64,000 nt of DNA from Prasinococcaceae sp. CCMP 1430 (taxonomy: Eukaryota; Plantae; Prasinodermophyta). The stretch spans positions 1 to 64,000 of the forward strand of contig RQSC01000314.1 of the NCBI GenBank assembly GCA_013416795.1, given 5' to 3'. Position numbers and translations under genes: made by a program. Shown here piece after piece: positions 54,770 through 64,000 of this stretch (position 1 is its first letter; the number at the start of each line of letters is the position of its first letter). The notes under the pieces are model-generated. The model was not told the DNA's origin. It saw only the letters and a program-made list of their open reading frames with translations, and did not search any database.

Positions 54770-56292
54770 ATGCGTATCTCCGGCGGAGCGGGTTTAGGGT
54801 GTGTGCGGGGCTGTGGTCGCGCCACAGCGGCGCGCGCGGGGGCGTGCGGGGTGCGGGCACTGGCCAGATTGCAGCGTCTCAATGAAGGAGCGGTTTGCGG
54901 GGTCCTCACGCGCGCGCGGCCGTCGTGCCGGCCGCTGCGGCGGGCGGCATCGCCGACAACGTGACCGAGCTCGTCGGCAAGACGCCGATGGTGTACCTCA
55001 AGGCGGTCACCGAGGGCTGCGGCGCGGCAGTCGCCGCCAAACTTGAGATCATGGAGCCGTGCTCGAGCGTCAAGGTGCGCTCACTGCTCCGCGCACACGC
55101 GAGCAAAGGGGCTCGCGCGCGTGTGCAGCGCCCCTCGCTCGCTCCTCGCGTGCTGCTGGGCGCGCATGGTTTTTTTGTGCGTGTGCGGAGGGATCCGCCT
55201 GCGGGAACGAGCCTCGGCCCGGTGGGCCTGCCACGCGCGAGTGCTAACGCGGATGCGCTCCTGCCTACACGCCCCTCAACTTCCTTGCTCGCCGCCTCCC
55301 ACCTGTGCTGTGTGCCCACGCCCTCGCCCGCTCTCTCTCTCTCTCTCTCGCGCGCGCTCGCGCGGGCAGGATCGCATCGGCCTCGCGATGATTGCCGACG
55401 CCGAGGAGTCGGGCGCGATCTCGCCCGGCAAGGCGACGCTCGTCGAGCCGACCTCGGGCAATACAGGCATCGGACTCGCGTTCGTTGCGGCCGCCAAAGG
55501 CTACCGGCTGGTGCTCACGATGCCGGCATCGATGTCGCTCGAGCGGCGCACGCTTCTCAAGGCCTTCGGCGCTGACCTGGTCCTCACAGACCCGGCGCTG
55601 GGGATGAAGGGGGCCGTCAACAAGGCGGAGGAGATCGTTCGCCAGGTGCCCGACTCGTACATGCTCCAGCAGTTCGAGAACCCCGCCAACCCGCGGGTGC
55701 ACTACGAGACAACAGGCCCGGAGATGTGGGAGTCCACCGGCGGCCAGATTGACATCCTTGTGGCGGGCGTGGGCACCGGCGGCACCATCAGCGGCGCGGG
55801 CAAGTACCTCAAGGAGAGGAACCCCAACGTCAAGGTACAGGATGCGCGTGCGCCACGCGTGCGCGCGCGCTGCGTGCGTATGACTCGCTAGCGCCCGCTC
55901 CACGCTGACGCGATGCCCACCCCGCGCAGGTGATTGCCATCGAGCCCGCGGAGAGCGCCGTGCTCAGCGGCGGAGTGCCCGGCCCGCACAAGATCCAAGG
56001 CATTGGGGCGGGCTTCGTGCCGGGGAACCTGGACGTCGACCTGCTTGACGAGGTGGTGCAGGTGGCCTCTGACGACGCCGTGGCCATGGCGCGCCGCCTG
56101 GCGATCGAGGAGGGGCTGCTCTGTGGCATCAGCAGTGGCGCAGCTGCGCACGCCGCGCGCACCATTGCGAGCCGCCCTGAGAACGCCGGCAAGCTCATTG
56201 TGACCGTGCTCCCATCCTTCGGCGAGCGCTACCTGTCGAGCGTGCTCTTCAACGACCTGCGAAACGAGGTTGAGACCATGGAGGTGCAGTAG
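54770..56292 (+). CDS. cysteine synthase / O-acetylserine(thiol)lyase; introns 55075-55369, 55835-55929; start uncertain
   Basis: [30 protein letters not shown]|DRIG (PLP lysine), [41 protein letters not shown]. Confidence 0.93.
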
Positions 56293-56402
56293 CGCGGTGC
56301 GACACGCGCGTGCGCGGTGACGCGATCTCGGTCGCAGCTGCAGGATAAATGGCCAGAGAATCGTTTCTGTACTGGCTCCTTGGAGAGCGAACGCGCAGCG
56401 CG

Positions 56403-57514
56403 TCAAACACCTGCGTCGTAGCTCGATCGAAGCAACACGTCGCTCACGTCGACCCTCCGCGGCGCGGCCAGCGCATGCACGACCGCATCAGCAACATCCT
56501 CCGCCTGCAGGACCTCATAGCGCGAATACCGTTGCTTCGCAATCTTGGGATCATCATAGAATGTGCGCACGAAATCTGGGCGGCGGGGCACTCCTGTCAG
56601 CGCTGCACGTGCATCTGGCGTGCGCGACAAGCGGGTGCAGTCTTTGCCAACGGCGCGTTGTTGGGTCCAAGGCCACTGATAACGTACCTGTCTCCACCAA
56701 GCCCGGACTGACGCACGTCACGCGGAGGTCTAGGTCAGCAGCGCGTGCCTCCTGGCGGAGGCCTTCTGCCAGCGCTCGCACAGCGTACTTTGATGCGCAA
56801 TACATGCCAGCCGTATTCCCCGGGCCTGGCACACGATGCCCTGACAGGCTGCCAAGCATGATCACGTGACCCGCGGGAAGCGGCTCTTCGCCATTCGCGT
56901 CGCTGTGCGCTTCGCGCTGTGCCGCACGCTCCCGCATGTGAGAGGTGGCGTGTTTGGTGACGACCGCCAGCCCGAGGACGTTGGTTTCGAGCGTGCGCTT
57001 CCACGCGGAGATTGTGCGAGCGTCCGCTCCGCCAGGCTTCCGACTGCCCTCGGGCTCCTCCCCCAGCAATGGCCCCTGCTTGCCCAGCCCCGCAGCATTC
57101 ACTAGGACCGAGACCTTGCCCGGCATCGAGGCGAACAGGTCAGCAACCGACGAAGGGTCGGTCACGTCCAGCGAGCGCGCCTCGAAGTTGTGCGGGTGGG
57201 CCTCTTCGAGGCCAATCATGCCATCGGCGCGGCGCGCGGCGCCCACGACGTTCATTCCAGCGGCGCACAGCCGCGCGGCAACCTCGCGCCCAATGCCGCT
57301 GCTGGCGCCGGTCACCAGCGCGACCTCACCGCGCCAGCGCTCGAGCCCGGGTGGGACGGCCGCGGTCGCCGCGTCGTGCTGCGCGCGAGCCGTCTACCAG
57401 CAACAGGCACGAGGGGGCGTGCGTGGCGCGGGCGGGGAAAGCGCGGCGAACGCCGCCGCGTGAGCGCGGGCGCGGCGGGTGCGCCGGCGCCCTCAGCCGA
57501 GCCGCCGCCTCCAT
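56403..57514 (-). CDS. short-chain dehydrogenase/reductase (DHRS11-like); intron 56687-56576; 5' structure tentative
   Basis: ERWRGEVALVTGASSGIG, VNAAGL, MYCASKYAV, VSPGLVET|DF across a phase-1 intron, LQAEDVADAVVHALAAP. Confidence 0.88.
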
Positions 57515-57933
57515 GGCGCACACTAACTCCCTCGCACTCCAATCCCCCCTCCCCCTCTCCCCCTCCTCCCGTGCTCGCACACGCGTCTGGCGGACCTGCT
57601 GCGCACGCACGCGCCCGCGTGCCCCCACGCGGCACTCGCGCGGCGCGCGCACGTGTGCACAGGCGAACGCGCGTACGCGCACTGAAAATACAAACCCTCT
57701 TTAAAACCCCATTCCTGCGAAGAAAGAGTTTTGCACTTGATTGACGCGTACTGATGGTACCATCCTGATGGTACACACGAACGTAACCGTAACCCAAAAC
57801 CCTCTTTTATCTTTTTTCTTTTTGTTTTTGTTTTTGCGCGCGCTTTTCTCGCCACGCGCGCGCGGCGGCACAGCGCGCGCGAGGGGCGGCGGCTGCGGGA
57901 GCGCGGGGCTGCTGCCTCGGGAGTCCCTGGGGG

Positions 57934-58685
57934 ATGGCGGCGGCGCGCGGGCTCAGCGTGCGGCGGGCGGTGCGGGCGCAGGCGGCGCGGCACCCGGGGA
58001 GGGCAAGGCGGGCGCGGCGGAGGAGGGCGCGGACGAGGCCGACGCCAAGGACAAGGATGGGGCCAAAAAGAAGCCCGCATTTGAGTCCGACTTTGACCTG
58101 AGCGAAACGCCGATCCCCGTCGACGACCGCGGCGACAAGCATGCCATTTTGTACGACTTCGCCATCGGTCTGCCGTACGGCGCCGCGGTTCTCGCGATCT
58201 CCGTCCACACGGAAAACATCCTGCTCTCTGTGCTCGGCGGGTACGTGATTGATCAGCGGCAATGCGCGTGCCTCTCACGCCGCTTGCGGCTCTCCTGAGG
58301 ATCGTCGCTGACATGAATGTACCGGCCCGCCGCACCCGCTCACCCACGCACGAACAGATTCAGCGCCTATGTGGCCTCTCTGTGCGTCAAAGCGTGGAAG
58401 CGCTCGCCGATACTCACCCGCGGCTACACGCTCGCGCAGATAGCGCTCACTGGCGGCACGGCGCTATGGTGCGCGCGCATGTGGCAAGCTGCGCGCGGCA
58501 CCGCAACGTCTTGGTTCTCGTCGTACCCGTGGGAGCCCGTTGCATGGCTGGCGGCAGCCGCGTGTGCGTACCACGTATACGTCATCTTCTCGGGTGGCAA
58601 CCCGCCGCACAAGTACGACCGCCTCGGCGTCAACTTCAAGCCAACCAAGGAGGACCTCGAGGAGGAATACGCGCTCGACTGGTAG
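57934..58685 (+). CDS. FAX/TMEM14-family plastid envelope fatty-acid export protein; intron 58241-58357; start uncertain
   Basis: LYDFAIGLPYG resembles the FAX1 HDFCxGIPYG motif; C-terminal VIFSGGNPP; the phase-2 intron restores the frame. Confidence 0.75.
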
Positions 58686-58994
58686 CGCTTCGGCGTCGCT
58701 AGAGATGTAAGTAGAAGCCTATCGCACACGTTGCTCCCAGGGTGCGCGCCAACGCGGGCATCGCGCGCGCGTCTCGTTTCCTTGGTACCAATCGCACAAC
58801 GCCCAAGCCCGCCATAAGGCCCGCATGACTTACTTGTGGTAATGCCAGAGCGCGGCGCGCGCATCCCACGCGCTCGCGTCACGTCGCCCCTGCGCCAAAC
58901 ACAACACACAACACGTCGCTTGGCCTCCTCCTCGCGTGCCGTCCTAGCCACCAACCCCGTGCGTGCCTGTGAAGCCGGTGCGAGCCTCCCGTGA

Positions 58995-60596
58995 TTAGGC
59001 GGACGGCGCAGACGCCTCGACCCTGCCATCTCCGGACGCAGCGGAAGCGGCGGCGGCCGCAGCGGCGGCAGAGCCCTTCCACTCGGTAGGGGAAGGCGGC
59101 AGCGCCTGAGTGTCGGCGGCGGGTGCGGTGGGGATTGGCGCTGCTGCGATGGGTATCGGATGCGTCGCTGACGCGTCGCCCGCCACCGCATGCAGCTGCG
59201 CCTCGGCACCGTCCGCAGCGCCTGCGTCGCCTGCCGGCTGCACCGCCTGTGCCGCCTGGACCGCGTGGGCGGCCTGCACCACCTGCGCCTGCGCTGCCTG
59301 CACCTGCGCCTGCGCCGCCTGCATTGCTTGTGCCGCCTGCGCCGCCTGCGCGCCCGCAACGCCACCCATCGCGCTCATAGCCTCGAGCTGCGCCATCGCT
59401 TGCGCTTGCGCCGCCCCCTGATGCGCGTACATCTCGGCGCCGGGCACGTGCGGCCACACCATACCGTAGTGCGAACCCGCCACGCCGCCGTACGGGAGCG
59501 CCGCTGCGTGCGCCGCCGATATCGCTGGCATGTTCGCAGCCATGGCCATGCCGGGGCCCACGAAGAGGCCCTCCCGCGTGTATCCCATCGGCGCCATTGC
59601 CATCGGGTGCGCGCCGTACCCCGTGTAGGGGTACGCGCCGCCGTGCATGCCGTACATACCCCCGTACCCGCGTGCGTGCGTGTGCGGCGCTAGCGTGAGC
59701 GTGCGCCCGCCGTACGACAACGCCCCGCGCGCGAGTGCCGCCTTGCAGGCCGAGGCCGCCGCCCCCGACCGATAGATGATGTGCGCCCCGCCGCGAGCAG
59801 CCCCCGTGGCGTGCTGCACGAACATGCGCACGTGGCGCACCTGCCCGAACTGCGCCGTGAGCTCACGCAGCCCCGCCTCGGTGGCGTCGGGCGGCAGGCC
59901 CTCCAGCGCCACGCGTCGGCCGTCGCCGTCGTTGTAGCCCCCCCCCTTGCCGTGCGGGCCCGCCTGCGAGCCCGGCCCCCCGCTGCCGCCTGCCCCGCTG
60001 CCGCCGGCACTGCGCACGGCCTTCGAAATGTTGAGCGTGCGCCCGGCGAACGGGACGAAGCCGCCGTCGCGCGCGGCCTGCGCGGCCGTGGCGTCGCGAA
60101 AGAGCACGAAGCCGTAGCCCTTGAACTTCATGGAGGAGTTGTCGTAAATGAACTTCACCTCCGACACGGGCCCGTACGTGTCCGACAGGAACTTCCCCAG
60201 CTCGGCCTCGGTGCTCGCGTAAGGGATGCCGCCCACGAACACACGCCGGTCGCCGCGCGCGTGCGACAGCGCGGGCGCTTCGGCGCTCCCATCGGCGCCA
60301 ACTCCCGCGCCCGCTGCGGCCTGGTCCCGGCCGTCAAGCGCCTCGGCCGGCGGCGTCACCGGCGCGAGCGCCGGGTCGGACGCATCGGCCTGCGGCCCCG
60401 CCCCGGTCTGCGCGGTGCCGGCAGTGTGATCGCCGCCGGTACTGACCTCCTGCGCGCCCGCGCGCGGCTCGGCGTCCGCGCCCTTGCGAGGCCCCGTGCC
60501 GGCCGCGTCTTCGGCGGGCACGCTCGAGCCAAGCTTCAGTGCGCCCAGGCCTTCCGCGGCCGCGTCCGCGGCCGCAGCGGGCAGGCCCGTCGTCAT
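58995..60596 (-). CDS. two-RRM RNA-binding protein with Tyr/Gly/Met- and Gln/Ala-rich C-terminus
   Basis: RVFVGGI (RNP2), KGYGFVLF (RNP1); second RRM RVALEGLP..RGGAHIIY. Confidence 0.88.
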   Translation of the reverse strand: MTTGLPAAAADAAAEGLGALKLGSSVPAEDAAGTGPRKGADAEPRAGAQEVSTGGDHTAGTAQTGAGPQADASDPALAPVTPPAEALDGRDQAAAGAGVGADGSAEAPALSHARGDRRVFVGGIPYASTEAELGKFLSDTYGPVSEVKFIYDNSSMKFKGYGFVLFRDATAAQAARDGGFVPFAGRTLNISKAVRSAGGSGAGGSGGPGSQAGPHGKGGGYNDGDGRRVALEGLPPDATEAGLRELTAQFGQVRHVRMFVQHATGAARGGAHIIYRSGAAASACKAALARGALSYGGRTLTLAPHTHARGYGGMYGMHGGAYPYTGYGAHPMAMAPMGYTREGLFVGPGMAMAANMPAISAAHAAALPYGGVAGSHYGMVWPHVPGAEMYAHQGAAQAQAMAQLEAMSAMGGVAGAQAAQAAQAMQAAQAQVQAAQAQVVQAAHAVQAAQAVQPAGDAGAADGAEAQLHAVAGDASATHPIPIAAAPIPTAPAADTQALPPSPTEWKGSAAAAAAAASAASGDGRVEASAPSA

Positions 60597-60766
60597 CGCG
60601 CCCCCTTCCTCTGACCGCGCGAGCACCCGCGCGGCCCGACCTCCTCGCGCGCGCGCGTGCGCGTGCGCGCGTTCTTTGGCCGTGCGTCCGGAGACGACGC
60701 GCGAGACGACGCAAACCCTCCTGTTGGTGCGAGCACGGGCGCGGCGCGCACAATTGGCAGTCGGCG

Positions 60767-61758
60767 TCAGCGACGGTCGAGAGCGCCCGGGCGAGCGCGC
60801 GCGGCGCGACGAGGCGCGCAGCGATTCGCGCGCTCGCTCGCGACGGCGGGCCCCGCGGGCGACGCAATCGGGCGATCGCGCGAAGGGGAGGCGAGGGCCG
60901 CGCCCAGCCGCATGTCCTGCTCGGCGCACGCGCGCTCCCACTCGTAGAGCCTGTCCGTGATAGCAGCGGCCGGATCCATCCGGATCTTTGTCGCGGCCGG
61001 AGGCGGCGCGCCAACGACGTGCGACTCACGCGCATGCGCGTCACCACGCGCATTTGCCTGCGGCGCGTGCCGACCCTGTCCGCTGGGTGCCGTGCGCGCA
61101 GCAGCACGAGGTGTGCCGCCTTGGGCGCCGGCCTTTCCGGCGAGTTTTGGGAGCGCGAGGCGCGTGTCGAACCGCACGGGCCGCCACTGCGGGCGCGCCG
61201 CGCGGCGCGCCTCCTCGCGCGCCTCGGCGAGTTCGAGCTTTCGCGATATCGCACTAAAGGACGCGCCCGCGCGGCAGCCGCGCACGCGCTGCCGCGACAT
61301 GGCGACCTGCGCGCGCAGGGCGCGATGACCCTCGCGCAGCACGCCGGGCTCGTCGGCAGCGCCAGCGGCGTCTGTACCCACCTCGCCCTGTGCGCCGTGT
61401 GGCGGCGATGTGTCGGCATTTGAGCGGCGGCCTACGGTGGACGACAGCCCGCCGGCGGCGCCCGCACCGGCCCCCGCCGCGCCGCCTCCCACTGCGCCAC
61501 CGGCATACGCGCTGCCAACGCCGCCGAGGCTGAGCGCATGGGCGCCCCCCCCCCCTGCGGCTGCGGCGCTCAGCAGGGGCGGCGGCTCCAGTTTCTCGCG
61601 TTCAAGGTCGGGCTGCCCCAGCGGTTGGTACGGCTTGTGACGTTCCGACGCCCACCCGCACTTGAAGGGCGCGGCGGCTGCGCTGGCGCGGCCAGGTGCT
61701 GAGAGGCCCGCGGCGCCCGCGGCGGGCCCCGTGGCCGCTGCAGTGCGGCGGCCGACCA
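60767..61758 (-). CDS. 3' part of a hypothetical protein, truncated by the gap
   Basis: Open frame from the gap edge with some non-low-complexity segments (HKPYQPLG, ITDRLYEWE). No family recognised. Confidence 0.35.
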
Positions 61759-62060
61759 NNNNNNNNNNNNNNNNNNNNNNNNNNNNNNNNNNNNNNNNNN
61801 NNNNNNNNNNNNNNNNNNNNNNNNNNNNNNNNNNNNNNNNNNNNNNNNNNNNNNNNNNNNNNNNNNNNNNNNNNNNNNNNNNNNNNNNNNNNNNNNNNNN
61901 NNNNNNNNNNNNNNNNNNNNNNNNNNNNNNNNNNNNNNNNNNNNNNNNNNNNNNNNNNNNNNNNNNNNNNNNNNNNNNNNNNNNNNNNNNNNNNNNNNNN
62001 NNNNNNNNNNNNNNNNNNNNNNNNNNNNNNNNNNNNNNNNNNNNNNNNNNNNNNNNNNNN
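61759..62060. other. assembly gap (N run)
   Basis: Run of N in the sequence. Confidence 0.99.

Positions 62061-62152
<92 letters not shown>
62061..62152. repeat. long (AC)n microsatellite at the gap edge
   Basis: About 45 AC units with one AT interruption. Confidence 0.95.
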
Positions 62153-62346
62153 GCCCGGCCAGCCGCAGCAGCGGCGCGCGCACGCAACAGTTATCCCTTT
62201 CTGCGCGGCCGCAGCCGTCCTTTTCATGCCCGCACAAATGTAATAGCAAACTTCAAAAACGTCACACTGTACGGTATTGGGAATTTTGGCTCGCGTTACG
62301 CGTAAAGCGCGCGGGCGGCGGCCGCCTCGCTGGCGCTCGCCCGATA

Positions 62347-62661
62347 TTATTTCCCGGGGAGTTGAGGTTCGAAGCCGTGTGTGGGATTTTGGGTTACATA
62401 GGCATTCGACCGAAGATAGGGTCTGTGGTTCGGGGAGCATACAATACATACGTACATACACGCTAAGACTTCGTGCCCCAGGAGGGTAGGGTACTCGGCG
62501 TTGCCAAAGACGTAACGCTTGCTGGGCTGCACGGCCGCGTAGGCGAAGAGCGCCGCCCTGCGCGTGATGAGGTCGGACACCACCGCGAACGCGTCGCTGT
62601 CGCTCACGTTGGGCGGCAGGGGCATCTGGAAGGTGGGGTCCTTCGAGTACGACGCCCCCAT
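62347..62661 (-). CDS. small hypothetical protein or first exon with an N-myristoylation-like start (MGASYS)
   Basis: GC3-biased codons over about 65 aa (MGASYSKDPTFQMPLPP..KRYVFGNAEYP); bias is lost afterwards, and there are candidate GTATGT donors near 62450-62460. Confidence 0.45.
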   Translation of the reverse strand: MGASYSKDPTFQMPLPPNVSDSDAFAVVSDLITRRAALFAYAAVQPSKRYVFGNAEYPTLLGHEVLACMYVCIVCSPNHRPYLRSNAYVTQNPTHGFEPQLPGK

Positions 62662-62730
62662 CGCCGCGGCGATGGGGGGGCCAGGCGCGCGAGAGCTCGG
62701 GAGCAGGACGTGCGCGCGCGCGTGTTGCGC

Positions 62731-63577
62731 ATGCGCGCGTGCGCGCGAGTGCAGCGCAACCCCGATGACTCGCCGCTGCGGGATGGCAACCGGGACCGGC
62801 TGATGGGCCTGCTCACCGAGCGCGCCGCGCACACGCTGCGCTTCTACCTGCTTGAGACGTCCCCGCCTGTGTGCAAGTGGTGGGACCTCTACATCAAGGC
62901 GCACAGAATCCCGCTCACGGGGGAATGGCATGAGGTCAGCGGGGACGAGTTCATCCGCGAGCTCATGCGCACGCCAGACGTGGAATACGGTGCGTGTCGT
63001 CCGCGGCGCGCGCGCGGGAGAGGGCGGAGCGAGGGGACACGCCGGAGCCTCTGCGCGCCTGCGCGCCTCGGCCGTCGCGCTGACGCGCGTCCGCGCGCGC
63101 AGACCCTTTCAACAACGATGAGAAGTTCGCGCGCGGTTCCTTTCGCATCAGCCCGCGAGAGATGGCGCAGCGCGTGCTCAGCGTGCGCTCGCAGCTCGCC
63201 AAGGAGTTCATCGAGGACCTCGGGGTGCGTGCGCACATGGTCGCCCGCGCGCGGATGCTCCCGCTCCTCGGCACACCGACCCAAGAGCTGACGCGATGCC
63301 CTCCATTGTCTTCACCCTTCCACCACCCCACGCACGCACACACGCACTCACGCACGCGACACACGCACGCGCACACGCACAGGGTGTGACCGAGGACAAC
63401 CAGGCGTTGTTGCGCGAGAACATCGAAGACTCTTTCAAGCTCGAGTCGCACGTCGACGAGGAGCACCCCGCCACCGTCAACGCGGACCTGCTCAAGGGCG
63501 GGGCGGACCAGCGACGCAGGGGCGGAGAGGGCGTGCCACGCTCGCGCGGCGGAGGGCAGACGCGTCGCGCGGACTAG
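62731..63577 (+). CDS. RbcX-like chaperone-fold plastid protein; exons ?-62989, 63103-63224, 63383-63577; start 62731 or 62672
   Basis: LLTERAAHTLRFYLLETSPPVCKWW..GDEFIRELM..EMAQRVLSVRSQLAKEFIEDL parallels the RbcX pattern LTxxAvxxv..l.E.nP...WL..dG..yl..L...La.RiltVR.hlAe. Two GT-AG introns keep the frame. Confidence 0.65.
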
Positions 63578-64000
63578 AGGACTCGGCGGGCCGCACACAC
63601 CGCGCGTGCCCTGTTGAGCGCGCACCGGCACGCGCGCGCAAACGCGCCGCGCGCCCAGGGCTGACTCGATGCGTGGCTCGGTCGCGCCGAGCCGCGGCGC
63701 ACGGCGAGGCGCGTTCGCTGCGGCAACGGAACGGTCTCCTTCGCACCCGCGTGGGGGCCGCCCTGCGCGCGCGCGCCTGCGCCTAGTAGTAGTGCGTGGA
63801 CGAGAGTAGTATGCAACCGTGCCTTACGCCCTCGTGTGGAAACACATATGCGTGCACACACAGTAGCGCGCGCTCGCTCTGCAAAACGCGCGCGCTCTCC
63901 CCGTTCGCCCTCCAATCCACCCACCCCCTCGGGCCTCCCGTCGCTCTCGCTCCACTCGCTCCCACCAGCGGCCTGACCTCGGCTGGGGCCCTCCTGCGGT

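Noticed and set aside
57741-57933. In-frame upstream ATG57768 giving FAX a Phe-rich N-terminus
   Set aside because: It runs through the poly-T promoter island, so the hydrophobicity comes from T-runs. ATGGCG at 57934 is a more plausible start, though out of frame.
61570-62466. Val-Cys/Thr-His repeat ORFs spanning the gap
   Set aside because: These are translations of the (AC)n microsatellite plus Ns.
1-64000. CRISPR arrays, tRNA/rRNA genes, transposases, introner-like repeated introns
   Set aside because: None seen. The introns share only GTGCG donors and CTGAC branch sites, not body sequence. A dedicated scan (tRNAscan, all-vs-all intron alignment) was not possible.

Overview
This is a gene-dense, very GC-rich eukaryotic nuclear scaffold from a green alga, probably prasinophyte-grade (inferred from starch genes GBSS/isoamylase/glucan phosphatase, plant-type TTTAGGG telo-boxes in short AT-richer promoters, and ~100-300 nt GT-AG introns with GTGCGT donors and CTGAC branch sites). 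I can support about 29 protein-coding genes or gene fragments; there are no RNA genes, CRISPR arrays or recognisable transposons. The window has two N gaps and two single-N joins. The strongest leads are: (1) a ~470-bp AT-rich, stop-free organellar rpl2 fragment at the 5' end of a rotatin gene, with GT/AG ends that would splice it out in frame; (2) an LRR-FN3-TM receptor carrying three class III cyclase domains with complementary catalytic residues; (3) an IQ-less myosin with MIU/UIM-like motifs and a C-terminal CaaX box; (4) a GT2 plus chondroitin-synthase-like fusion lying head-to-head with an HPAT gene; (5) an HTH-PPC(DUF296) fusion. Several genes have 5' frameshifts that are most likely assembly errors. 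All family assignments come from motif recognition by eye; no searches were run.
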